A stretch of DNA of 64,000 bases, taken from the NCBI GenBank assembly GCA_965247455.1, contig CBDFHE010000016.1:79101-143100 (forward strand), given 5' to 3'. The notes under the pieces were generated by a model, which was given only the letters and a program-made list of their open reading frames with translations, was not told where the DNA came from and made no database searches. Position numbers and translations under genes: made by a program. Positions 1 through 8,359 of the stretch are shown in pieces. The stretch comes from Candidatus Acidiferrales bacterium (GTDB lineage Bacteria; Acidobacteriota; Terriglobia; Acidiferrales; 2-02-FULL-67-57). Position 1 is the stretch's first letter; each line of letters starts with the position of its first letter.

Positions 1-1356
1 GGCCAGGCCGGCGGACCACTCTCCACCACGCTGGCGCGCGCCGGGTGGAAAGCTGCGCTGGTGGAGCGCAAGCACGTGGGCGGGAGCTGCGTCAACGAGG
101 GCTGCACGCCCACCAAGACCATGGTGGCAAGTGCTCGGGCGGCCTACTTGGCCCGGCGGGGAGCGGACTACGGCGTGCGGACAGGTCCCGTGTCAGTGGA
201 CATGGTGAAAGTGCGGCAGCGCAAGCGGGCCATCGTGGAGATGTTTCGCGGCGGCAGCCAGCGCGGCATTGAGAAGACCGATGGCGTGGACCTGCTGTTC
301 GGCGAAGCCAGCTTTACGGGGCCGAAGGCGTTGGGGGTTCGCTTGAGCGACGGCGGCACGCTGGCGCTGACGGCCGACAAGTTTTTTATCAACACCGGCA
401 CGCGGACGTCGCAGCCGCCGATTGAAGGGTTGGAGACAGTCCCCCGGCTCGACAACAGCTCGATCATGGAACTCGATACGGTGCCGGAGCACCTGCTGGT
501 GCTGGGCGGCGGCTACATCGGGCTGGAGTTCGGGCAGATGTTCCGCCGCTTCGGCGGCCGGGTGACCATCGTGCAGACGGGGAAACAATTGCTGGTGCGA
601 GAGGACACGGACGTGGCCGAGGAGGTGGCCAAGATTCTGCGCGAGGACGGCATCGAGGTGTTGCTGGAGACAACCACGTTGCGCGCCAACCAGCCGGCCG
701 ACGGCGGCATTGAGTTGCGGGTGCGGACTGCCGAGGGCGAGCGCACACTGGCCGGCTCGCACCTGCTGGTAGCGACCGGGCGTGTGCCGAATTCCGATAT
801 GCTCAACCTGAGCGCTGCCGGAGTAGAAACAGACAGCCGCGGCTTCATCAAGACGAACGGGCGATTGGAGACGAATGTGGAAGGCATCTATGCCCTGGGC
901 GACGTGAAGGGCGGGCCGGCCTTTACTCACATTTCCTACGATGACTTCCGCTTGATCCGCACCAATCTTCTTCAGAATGGAAACGCGACGGTGGACGGGC
1001 GGCTGGTGCCCTACGCCGTGTTCATGGATCCGCAGCTGGGGCGCGTGGGGTTGAGCGAACAAGAGGCGCGGGCGCAGGGGCGAAAGATTCGCGTGGCCAA
1101 GCTGAAGATGACCTCGGTGGCGCGGGCGCTGGAAACCGACGAGACGCGCGGCTTCATGAAGGCGGTGGTAGACGCGGAGACGAATCAGATTCTGGGCGCG
1201 GCGGTGCTGGGGATCGAAGGCGGCGAGGTGATGAGCGTGCTACAAATGGCGATGATGGGGAAAGTTTCCTACACCGCAATTCGTGACGGCGTCTTTGCCC
1301 ACCCGACGATGGCCGAGTCGTTGAACAACCTCTTCATGGCCATGGACAGGAAATAG
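1..1356 (+). CDS. FAD-dependent pyridine nucleotide-disulfide oxidoreductase, RclA/'mercuric reductase-like' family (5' end lies before the window)
   Basis: The frame is open from base 1 (GQAGGP...). Motifs: redox [13 protein letters not shown](P)H-binding [15 protein letters not shown]-terminal [12 protein letters not shown]. No C-terminal Cys-Cys pair, so not true MerA. Confidence 0.85.
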   Translation, partial: GQAGGPLSTTLARAGWKAALVERKHVGGSCVNEGCTPTKTMVASARAAYLARRGADYGVRTGPVSVDMVKVRQRKRAIVEMFRGGSQRGIEKTDGVDLLFGEASFTGPKALGVRLSDGGTLALTADKFFINTGTRTSQPPIEGLETVPRLDNSSIMELDTVPEHLLVLGGGYIGLEFGQMFRRFGGRVTIVQTGKQLLVREDTDVAEEVAKILREDGIEVLLETTTLRANQPADGGIELRVRTAEGERTLAGSHLLVATGRVPNSDMLNLSAAGVETDSRGFIKTNGRLETNVEGIYALGDVKGGPAFTHISYDDFRLIRTNLLQNGNATVDGRLVPYAVFMDPQLGRVGLSEQEARAQGRKIRVAKLKMTSVARALETDETRGFMKAVVDAETNQILGAAVLGIEGGEVMSVLQMAMMGKVSYTAIRDGVFAHPTMAESLNNLFMAMDRK

Positions 1357-1390
1357 AGTCGAGTATTCCGCCGGTCGAAAGAGGGGGGAC

Positions 1391-2044
1391 ATGCCAGCGA
1401 TGTTGATTTCGGTGAATGTGGGGCTTCCACGCACGGTGGAATGGAAAGGCCGCAAGGTCACGACCGGCATCTTCAAGGAACCGGTGGCGGGCCGAGTCAA
1501 GTTGCGCACGCTGAACCTCGACGGAGATGGGCAGGCGGACCTGTCAGTCCATGGCGGGCCGGACATGGCGATCTATGCTTACCCGGCTGAGCACTATGCC
1601 TATTGGCGGAAGGAATTGCTCGGAATGGACTTGCCTTGGGGAATGTTTGGTGAAAACTTCACCACCGAGGGGATACTGGAAGATTCGGTCAACATTGGAG
1701 ATTGTTTTCGGATCGGAGCGGCCGAACTAATGGTAACGCAAATACGGGTGCCCTGCTACAAACTGGGAATGAAATTCGGGAGAGACGACATGGTCAAACG
1801 GTTCCTGGCCAGCCGCCACACCGGTTTCTATTTCCGGGTATTAAAGGAGGGTGAGGTTGGAGCCGGCGATGCCATAGAACGAATTGGCCGAGACGAAAAT
1901 AATGTCACCGTTGCTGACATCACACGGCTGTACGTGCGCGATGGCGTCGGTCCCGAGCTGCTGCGTCGAGCGATTCAAGTCGAAGCCTTGCCGGAAGGCT
2001 GGCGAGGCTATTTCCGCAAACAAATGCAGAGAGCTGGATCGTAA
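1391..2044 (+). CDS. MOSC domain protein with C-terminal 3-alpha domain (YiiM-like)
   Basis: Motifs GDGQADLSVHGGPDMAIYAY, FGENFT, IGD..RIG, TQIRVPCYKL, TGFYFRVL..G.V.AGD. Confidence 0.9.
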   Translation: MPAMLISVNVGLPRTVEWKGRKVTTGIFKEPVAGRVKLRTLNLDGDGQADLSVHGGPDMAIYAYPAEHYAYWRKELLGMDLPWGMFGENFTTEGILEDSVNIGDCFRIGAAELMVTQIRVPCYKLGMKFGRDDMVKRFLASRHTGFYFRVLKEGEVGAGDAIERIGRDENNVTVADITRLYVRDGVGPELLRRAIQVEALPEGWRGYFRKQMQRAGS

Positions 2045-2118
2045 AGAGCACCTTATTTTTCACGCGAGTGCTCCGACAGAGGGAGTGGGTTATTTTGCAA
2101 ATGGGAAACTCGCGCCGA

Positions 2119-2142
2119 GCCCCGTGGCACCTGCCACGGGGC
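2119..2142. repeat. Perfect 11-bp-arm palindrome GCCCCGTGGCA-CC-TGCCACGGGGC
   Basis: Read directly from the sequence; intergenic, in a repeat cluster. Confidence 0.8.
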
Positions 2143-2173
2143 GGTCGTACCGCTTTTCCGCCCGGCGGCAGGT

Positions 2174-2194
2174 GCCTGCCTACCGCAGGCAGGC
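2174..2194. repeat. Micro-element copy (GC + CTGCCTACCGCAGGCAG + GC) in a GCTTCGCTCGGAATGACA repeat
   Basis: 17-bp core at 2176-2192 between GC dinucleotides; related copies at 3670, 20697, 20845 and 26187. Confidence 0.85.
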
Positions 2195-2267
2195 TTCGCT
2201 CGGAATGACAATGGTGTGTCCCGCGCAAGTGACGTTGGCATATCACTTAGAATGACAGGGGTATAGG

Positions 2268-2765
2268 TTGGTGCGGGCGTGGGTGTACAAGGTGAATTCG
2301 CGGCGTCCGGGCCGCGAGCACGATTGGCACTTCGATCAGTATTTTCGTTACCGCGGCCGGCAACACTTCCAGATGGGAGGCGCGGAACGGATTCGCAGTC
2401 CTTCGAGTTGGGCGTGTCTTCGGCGGGTGCGCGCGGGTGACCTCTTCCTTTGCTATCAGTCGGACGAGCGCAAGATTTACGGGTTGGCGCGCGCCGCTAG
2501 TCCGGGCTATGAGAGCCTGCCGGGATTGGGGCGACATGATTCGATTGACTTCCGACCGGGTGGATTGCGGCTGAGGAATCCCGTCGGTGTCAGCCATCCG
2601 CAGGCGCGCGAAGTCTTCCGGCACGTACGCGCGTTCACGGTGCCGTCGCGCGGGACGATTCACGCTGTGGCGACGGATGAATTGCGGGCAGTGCTTCGGC
2701 AATTGGTGGCGTTCAATCCCGACCAGCGGCAGGGAATTCTACGGTTTGCCAAATCGCGGCCTTGA
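2268..2765 (+). CDS. EVE/PUA-like domain protein (putative)
   Basis: 165-aa ORF with N-terminal W-Y-K, then LRRVRAGDLFLCYQSDERKIYGLARAASPGY and LRLRNPV, an EVE-like pattern. TTG or GTG start. Confidence 0.55.
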   Translation: MVRAWVYKVNSRRPGREHDWHFDQYFRYRGRQHFQMGGAERIRSPSSWACLRRVRAGDLFLCYQSDERKIYGLARAASPGYESLPGLGRHDSIDFRPGGLRLRNPVGVSHPQAREVFRHVRAFTVPSRGTIHAVATDELRAVLRQLVAFNPDQRQGILRFAKSRP

Positions 2766-2771
2766 GAGGCG

Positions 2772-2801
2772 GGTGCCAAGCACCTCTTCCAAACTGACTT
2801 T
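2772..2801 (-). repeat. Repeat family R5 (AGTTTGGAAGAGGTGC-NNN-GCACCCGC), empty copy
   Basis: Related copies at 26167-26224, 49572-49617 and 57762-57787. Confidence 0.75.
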
Positions 2802-2825
2802 TGGTTGAAAGGGGAGGAACCTTTT

Positions 2826-2853
2826 ACCGCGGAGGACGCAGAGATCGCGGAGG
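2826..2853 (+). repeat. 28-bp direct repeat, copy 1 (ACCGCGGAGGACGCAGAGATCGCGGAGG)
   Basis: 24/28 identical to 3410-3437; the two copies bracket nuoI. Confidence 0.7.
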
Positions 2854-2855
2854 CG

Positions 2856-3323
2856 TTAGGTGCGGGGGGGTTTGAGGGGCTGGGCGAGCAGGTCTTCCTT
2901 GCGATAGACCATGTCGGCAATGTTGTAGGTGGCGAGCTCGAAGCCGTGGCCGTGGGTGATGGCGTCGGTGGGGCAGGCCTCGACGCAGTAGCCGCAGAAG
3001 ATGCAGCGCGAATAGTCGATGTTGTACACGCTGGCGTAGCGCTCGCTGGCGCTGATGCGGGTTTCGGCGGTGTTGTCGGCGGCCTCGATGTAGATGCACT
3101 GCACCGGGCAGGCGGCGGCGCAGAGGAAGCAGGCGACACACTTTTCCAATCCGTTCTCGTCGCGGTGCAGGACGTGGATGCCGCGGTAGCGGGCCTCGAA
3201 GCGCACCGGCTCGTCGGGGTAGTTTTCGGTGACGGTGGGGCGGAAGAGCGTGCGCAGGGTGACGGAGAAACCCTTGGCGAGGGTGAAGGCGGTTTCGGCG
3301 GCTTCTTTGAGTATGGATGGCAT
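2856..3323 (-). CDS. nuoI: NADH-quinone oxidoreductase subunit I (2x[4Fe-4S]), standing alone
   Basis: TENYPDE, RYRGIH, CVACFLCAAACP and CIFCGYCVEACPTDAI. Confidence 0.92.
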   Translation of the reverse strand: MPSILKEAAETAFTLAKGFSVTLRTLFRPTVTENYPDEPVRFEARYRGIHVLHRDENGLEKCVACFLCAAACPVQCIYIEAADNTAETRISASERYASVYNIDYSRCIFCGYCVEACPTDAITHGHGFELATYNIADMVYRKEDLLAQPLKPPRT

Positions 3324-3409
3324 AGGGATCGCCTGCTCCGTCCTGCGAGAAGCTCCAGTATAGCGGCAGGATCAGTTTTCCAGCAAGGGTCGCGGGTTAA
3401 GAAGGACGA

Positions 3410-3437
3410 ACCGCAGAGGACGCAAAGGTCGCAGAGG
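3410..3437 (+). repeat. 28-bp direct repeat, copy 2
   Basis: 24/28 identical to 2826-2853; all differences are A/G transitions. Confidence 0.7.
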
Positions 3438-3502
3438 AAGAAAAGAAAATGAATACCTAGCGGGAAGTTGAATTTGGCGAGGCGGATGCCCCCCGTGCTT
3501 GG

Positions 3503-3586
3503 GTGGCGCGGACATTCCTGTCTGCGCAGTGCTGGAGTGGCAGACCCGGGCCAGAGGCGGATGGCAGGCAAGAATGTCTGCCTCAC
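3503..3586. repeat. REP-like doublet (family R1, GTGG/GTAG + GCAGACATTCYTGTCTGC hairpin)
   Basis: Inverted copies at 3503-3527 and 3564-3586. Other pairs at 27386-27451, 33989-34077 and 54994-55059. Confidence 0.85.
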
Positions 3587-3660
3587 TGAGTTGAGAACTT
3601 CCTTGGGGGTATCCGTAGGGGCAAATCTTGTACTTCTTCCGGGAGGCGCGTCACAAAAAT

Positions 3661-3705
3661 AGATTCCTCGCTTGCCTACCGCAGGCAGGCTGCGCTCGGA
3701 ATGAC
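3661..3705. repeat. AGATTCCTCGCTGCGCTCGGAATGAC repeat (family R3) interrupted by the 17-bp micro-element
   Basis: GC(3670-3671) + TTGCCTACCGCAGGCAG + GC(3689-3690). An uninterrupted relative lies at 52646-52673. Confidence 0.8.
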
Positions 3706-3716
3706 GCTGCGCAAGG

Positions 3717-4037
3717 TTACTCTTCCAGTACGCGGCGGAGTTCTTCTTCGAAGCGGCGGAGTTGCTGCTGCCGTTCGGAGGTGGCGGGGAGGCGGTGGGA
3801 CTTCCAGACGAACCACTCTTCCCCGCCCTGCTGGACTTTCACCGCGATGTTGCCTTCCACCAAGTAGCCGGGCTGGGCGGCAATTTCCAGCCGGTCGTTC
3901 GACACCGGTCTGAGCAGAGCCGCGCAGCTATACTTCTTGACGGCGATGTGCCCCTCGAACAACGGATAGGTTCCGAACTCGAACCCTTGCTCGAGCAGTG
4001 TCTTGAGTCGTCGCGCGTGTGCTTCGCTCGCGTCCAT
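3717..4037 (-). CDS. Hypothetical protein (106 aa)
   Basis: Protein-like composition (MDASEAHARRLKTLLEQGFEF...); fills the gap between the repeat cluster and the PilZ gene. No recognisable motif. Confidence 0.6.
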   Translation of the reverse strand: MDASEAHARRLKTLLEQGFEFGTYPLFEGHIAVKKYSCAALLRPVSNDRLEIAAQPGYLVEGNIAVKVQQGGEEWFVWKSHRLPATSERQQQLRRFEEELRRVLEE

Positions 4038-4166
4038 TGAAAGAATGGTACCAGAGAGCGGCCACATGGCTCGCAAGGTTTGTCTTTGCCGCGTGATTCC
4101 GGTAGAGTGCCGGTAGTTTTGGGAATACGCGGGCAGAGATAAACCAACCGCGCTCAGGAGGAAGCG

Positions 4167-4853
4167 GTGTCACGCCAGCAGTCATCCACCGACGCTGACT
4201 GGCAAAACGTGCAGCGGCGAAGAGGAGTACGAATCGTCCTGTCCCTACCTGTGAAGGTGGCCTGGGTCACCAAGGAGGGCAAGCGCGTTTCCCGACATGC
4301 TGAAACCGAGGTTGTCAGCGCGTACGGTGCCACGCTCTGGATGAAGACCCCGCCACCGACCTCCACCGAGGTTGAGTTGACGCACGGGCGCACGCGCAAG
4401 TCGGTACGCGCGCGGGTGCTGAGGGCCCATCCACCCGAGAAGAATCAAACGCCGCAAATTGCGGTGGAACTCAAGGCTCCCAGCGAATCTTTTTGGGGGC
4501 CGAACTACCAGCTCCAGAAAGCCGGCTTGGAATTGCGCCAACTGGAGCTCGCCATTCCAGCAGAGGATATTGATGCGCGGGTGCTGGATGAATTCCGCCG
4601 GGCGGTGGACTACGTCCGGCAAGCGTCTTGGGCGATGCACCAGTGGATAGAGTTGCAGGCAAAAGGGCACGACCCCTACGGCATACTTTCTGTGCTGGCG
4701 ACTGAGCGCGTGAAACGGCTCACTCAGCTCACCGGCAACTTGTCATTAGACCTGGATGCCGCCGAAGTGAGCTTTGAGACCGCAGGGCTGATGGAGCTGG
4801 CTCAGGCGGTCGCCGGATTGCACAGACGTTTGACCCGCCTATTGAAGAAATAA
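4167..4853 (+). CDS. PilZ-domain protein with C-terminal helical extension
   Basis: QRRRGVRIVLSLPV (RxxxR) and EVVSAYGA (D/NxSxxG-like), followed by a beta-barrel-like segment. Confidence 0.7.
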   Translation: MSRQQSSTDADWQNVQRRRGVRIVLSLPVKVAWVTKEGKRVSRHAETEVVSAYGATLWMKTPPPTSTEVELTHGRTRKSVRARVLRAHPPEKNQTPQIAVELKAPSESFWGPNYQLQKAGLELRQLELAIPAEDIDARVLDEFRRAVDYVRQASWAMHQWIELQAKGHDPYGILSVLATERVKRLTQLTGNLSLDLDAAEVSFETAGLMELAQAVAGLHRRLTRLLKK

Positions 4854-4877
4854 AGAATCAACCGCAGTGAGCAGCGG

Positions 4878-5702
4878 TCAGGACTGTTGTTCCAGGGCGT
4901 CGAGGATGGCGCGGAGGGTTTCCAGGATTTCGCGCCGGGGGACGACCGACTTGCGGAAACGCAGGCGCAGCTCGAAGTTGCTATCGGGCGCGCGATAGGT
5001 ATAGACGAAGGGTTTGAGCCGGGTGACGTTCGAGGGCTTGCGCTGTGCGCGGGCCTCGCTGCGGGACATGCCGCTGGCGAGTTTTTCCGCCAGGTCGGTC
5101 ATCTTGCGCTCGTTGGGCTGGCGGGCGACTTGCAACAGCAGCGACTTCGAGAGCAGTCCCAATTGATCGCACTTCTTCCGCACCTGCGCCGGGATGGCGC
5201 GCAAGGCCAGCGTCTCGGTGACGGTGGCGCGCGACTTGCCAATGCGGCGGGCGATTTCTTCGTGGGTGTAGTCGAACTGCTCGGCCAGGGTGTAGAGGCC
5301 CTCGGCTTCCTCGAACGGATGCAGGTCCTTGCGCTGCAAGTTTTCGATCAGCGCCAGCTCCAGCATCTCGGCGCTGTCGGCGACGCGCTCGATGCAGGGG
5401 ACCTCGCTCAGGCCGGCGGAGCAGGCGGCGTGGAAACGGCGCTCGCCGGAGATGATGGTGTACATGTCGTCGTCGGCGTCATGGCGCACCAGGAGCGGCT
5501 CGAGCACGCCTTTCTCGCGGATGGAGTGGGTGAGGTCGCGCAGGTCGCCCAACTCCTTGCGGGGCTGGTTGGGATTGGGGCGCAGCCGGTCAACGGGAAT
5601 CATCTTCCCGATGGCGGCGCCGGTAAGCGCCGTGATGCTCTCCACGTAGTGATAGTCGTGGCGCATCCTAACGGTGGGGGGCAAGCCGGTTCGTTTCGAC
5701 AC
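4878..5702 (-). CDS. parB: ParB/Spo0J family protein
   Basis: PNPNQPRK, GVLEPLLVR, IISGERRFHA, ALIENLQRKDL and HTH region HEEIARRIGKSRATV. Confidence 0.9.
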   Translation of the reverse strand: MSKRTGLPPTVRMRHDYHYVESITALTGAAIGKMIPVDRLRPNPNQPRKELGDLRDLTHSIREKGVLEPLLVRHDADDDMYTIISGERRFHAACSAGLSEVPCIERVADSAEMLELALIENLQRKDLHPFEEAEGLYTLAEQFDYTHEEIARRIGKSRATVTETLALRAIPAQVRKKCDQLGLLSKSLLLQVARQPNERKMTDLAEKLASGMSRSEARAQRKPSNVTRLKPFVYTYRAPDSNFELRLRFRKSVVPRREILETLRAILDALEQQS

Positions 5703-6456
5703 GGTCGAGTACCTCGCGAGAGAGTTTCATGAACTCCTGCGCCCCCGGCGACTTGGGAGCGAAGGTCAAGATACTTTCTTTGTACGCGGGACTTTCTTCA
5801 ATCCTCACGCTGCGGCTGATTTGCGTCCGCATCAGTTTCTTCCCGAAGACGGCCTTGATTTGGTTGAAGCTGTCGCGGGCGATGTTGGTGCGCGGGTCGT
5901 ACATGGTGATGAGCACGCCCAGCAATTGCAGGTCCGGGTTGGGCCGGCTGCGGACACGTTCCAGGGTCTCCAGCAAGTCGTCGGTTCCTTCCAGAGCAAA
6001 ATAGCTGGCCTGGATGGGCACCAGCAGGTGGGTGGCCGCTACGAAAGCGTTGACGGTCAGAATCCCCAGCGCCGGCGGGGTGTCGATGATAATGAAGTCG
6101 AAGTTGGAGCGCACCGAGGACAGGGAGTCTTTCAAGCGGAAGGGGGCGTCGAACTGCCCCACCAGCACCTGCTCCAGCTTGGCCAAAGAGATGCGCGAGG
6201 GGGCGAGCGAAAGATTGGGCGCGCTGGTGGGCCGCACCAGCGCCTCCAGCGGCACACGGTGGTCGGAGAGAACGTCGTAGAGCGACTCGTGGATACCGGC
6301 CGGGTTCAGGAAGGAGATGGTGCAGTTCGCCTGCGGATCGATGTCAATCAGCAGCGTCCGCTTCTTGCTGTGAGCCAGCGCGGCCGCCAGATTGATGGCG
6401 GTAGTAGTTTTTCCCACGCCGCCCTTTTGATTCGCGACGGCGATGATGGTCGCCAA
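5668..6456 (-). CDS. parA: ParA/Soj family ATPase
   Basis: ANQKGGVGKTTT deviant Walker A, LIDIDPQAN and IIIDTPPALG. TTG start chosen; overlaps parB. Confidence 0.92.
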   Translation of the reverse strand: MATIIAVANQKGGVGKTTTAINLAAALAHSKKRTLLIDIDPQANCTISFLNPAGIHESLYDVLSDHRVPLEALVRPTSAPNLSLAPSRISLAKLEQVLVGQFDAPFRLKDSLSSVRSNFDFIIIDTPPALGILTVNAFVAATHLLVPIQASYFALEGTDDLLETLERVRSRPNPDLQLLGVLITMYDPRTNIARDSFNQIKAVFGKKLMRTQISRSVRIEESPAYKESILTFAPKSPGAQEFMKLSREVLDRVETNRLAPHR

Positions 6457-6504
6457 AGCTTCTCTCTTTCTTGAGTCGGTTTGTACCCCCGCCAAAAGAG
6501 GCGC

Positions 6505-6993
6505 CTACATCTTATACTTGCCCAGGTCTTCGTCTCCCAGGTTTTCCAGCCAGCGTCGCAACTCGTCGCTGCCAACCTTGTCGGAAACAGCGCTGGCAAC
6601 CTTGGACGACTTCAGGACACTGTCATCCACATAAATCGGAGCATCGGTGCGCAAGGCCAGCGCCAGGGCGTCGCTGGGCCGCGAGTCGATGGAGATGGTG
6701 GTTCCGTTTCGCTCCAACCAAATCAGGGCGTAGAAGGTGTCATCCTTGAGTTCGGTGACCACCACTTTTTTTACCGTGGCATTCACGCCCAGCAGGACAT
6801 TGCGAACCAAGTCATGGGTCATGGGCCGGGGTGTCTGAACTTTTTCGATTTCGAGCGCAATCGCATTGGCTTCGTAGATGCCCACCCAAATGGGAAGGAT
6901 GGCGCTGTCGGCCACGCCCTTCAAGATCACGATGGGCATGTTGGTGACAGGATCCATCATCAGGCCTCGAATTTTCATTTCGACTTCCATCAT
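6505..6993 (-). CDS. Bifunctional nuclease family protein (DUF151)
   Basis: LPIWVGIYEANAI, RPMTHDL, FYA and DSRPSDALALA. Confidence 0.88.
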   Translation of the reverse strand: MMEVEMKIRGLMMDPVTNMPIVILKGVADSAILPIWVGIYEANAIALEIEKVQTPRPMTHDLVRNVLLGVNATVKKVVVTELKDDTFYALIWLERNGTTISIDSRPSDALALALRTDAPIYVDDSVLKSSKVASAVSDKVGSDELRRWLENLGDEDLGKYKM

Positions 6994-7033
6994 CCGCCCC
7001 TTTCAGTCCCCTGACTTCGTGGACTCGCGGCGC

Positions 7034-8359
7034 TCATGGCAGGCGCTCGCCCACCAAACTGTGGGGGCCCGCCCCGGTGACCCGAATGGGCACGTAGCTG
7101 CCCAGCCTTTCCCCCGCGCTGGCGAAGTTGACCACTCGGTTGTTGGTCGTCCGGCCGACGTACTGCCCGCGCTTGCGGTTTTCGCTTTCCACCAACAACT
7201 CAAACTGTTTGCCGACCAGTTTTTGGTTGCGGGCCAGTTGAATTTCCCGTTGCCGCGCTTGCAGCGCGATGATTCGCCGCTTTTTTTCTTCCTCCGGCAC
7301 TTGATCGTCCAGCCGGAGCGCAGGCGTGTTGGGCCGGGGCGAGTACATGAAGCTGAACATGCCGTCGTACTGCGTGGTGTCGAGCAACGTCAGCGTTTCC
7401 TCAAACTCGGCTTCGGTCTCGCCGGGGAAGCCGACGATGATATCGGTCGTTATGCTAATAGCACGCCGGGCGTTGTGAATCAACGCGATTTTCTCCAGGT
7501 ACTCTTCGCGCGTGTACTCGCGCGCCATGCGGGCGAGTACCTGGTTGGAGCCCGACTGCACCGGCAGGTGGACGTGGTTGCAGAGGGTGGAATGGGCATC
7601 AATGGCGTCCACGATTTCGCGGGTGAAGTCGCGCGGGTGCGAGGTGGTGAAGCGCACCCGGCGGAGGCCCGGGATTTCTGCCACGGCTACCAGCAACTCC
7701 GCAAAGCTCATTCCATGCGGCGAGGGGTCGCGGTAGGAGTTGACGTTCTGCCCCAACAATTGGATCTCCGTGTAGCCTTCGGCCACCAAGCGCCGTGCTT
7801 CCGCGAGGATGGAGGCGCTGGTGCGGCTGCGCTCCGGTCCGCGCGTGAACGGCACCACGCAGTAGGCGCAGGCCTTGTCGCAGCCCTCGATGATGGTGAG
7901 GTAGGCGCGGAAGGGATTGTTGCGGCGGGTGAATTCGGTTTCAAAGGCTTGGTCGTCGTATGCGAGCCCGGTCACGCGCTGGTTGCCGGTTTCGAGTTGG
8001 ACCAGCAGGCCGGGCAGCTTGCGGTAGCTGGCCGAGCCCGCCACCAGGCGGACGTAGGGAGCCTGCGCGAAGATTTTCTCGCCTTCAAGTTGCGCCATGC
8101 AGCCCAGCACCGCCACGGTCTTCTTCCCCGCCAGCGCGTCGGCTTTGAAGTGACCCAGGCGGGAGAAAACTTTTTGCTCGGCTTTGTCGCGGATGGCGCA
8201 GGTGTTCAACACCACCAAGTCGGCTTCTTCGGAAGACGCCGCCGCGTTGTAGCCTTGTGCCAGCAACAGGCCTGCGACTTTTTCCGAGTCGTGGACATTC
8301 ATCTGGCAGCCGAAGGTTTCAATGTAGAACGTCCGGGTTCGATTGTCGCATGTGTCCAT
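7034..8359 (-). CDS. miaB: tRNA-2-methylthio-N6-dimethylallyladenosine synthase (radical SAM)
   Basis: TFGCQMNVHDSE, NTCAIRDKAEQK, GCDKACAYCVVPFTRGPERSR and C-terminal TRAM domain. Confidence 0.95.
   Translation of the reverse strand: MDTCDNRTRTFYIETFGCQMNVHDSEKVAGLLLAQGYNAAASSEEADLVVLNTCAIRDKAEQKVFSRLGHFKADALAGKKTVAVLGCMAQLEGEKIFAQAPYVRLVAGSASYRKLPGLLVQLETGNQRVTGLAYDDQAFETEFTRRNNPFRAYLTIIEGCDKACAYCVVPFTRGPERSRTSASILAEARRLVAEGYTEIQLLGQNVNSYRDPSPHGMSFAELLVAVAEIPGLRRVRFTTSHPRDFTREIVDAIDAHSTLCNHVHLPVQSGSNQVLARMAREYTREEYLEKIALIHNARRAISITTDIIVGFPGETEAEFEETLTLLDTTQYDGMFSFMYSPRPNTPALRLDDQVPEEEKKRRIIALQARQREIQLARNQKLVGKQFELLVESENRKRGQYVGRTTNNRVVNFASAGERLGSYVPIRVTGAGPHSLVGERLP

Noticed and set aside
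1-1356. Mercuric reductase MerA
   Set aside because: No C-terminal Cys-Cys pair and no mer genes nearby.
4887-5732. Long antisense or alternate-frame ORFs across the window (e.g. 4887-5732, 6878-8371, 11236-12492, 19347-20639, 23092-24501, 27697-29289, 31123-33078, 52584-54191)
   Set aside because: Shadow frames of well-supported genes, expected in high-GC DNA; no motifs of their own.
4860-6500. parS centromere near parAB
   Set aside because: No TGTTTCACGTGAAACA-like 16-mer seen; CACGTGAA at about 60652 lacks the rest of the palindrome.
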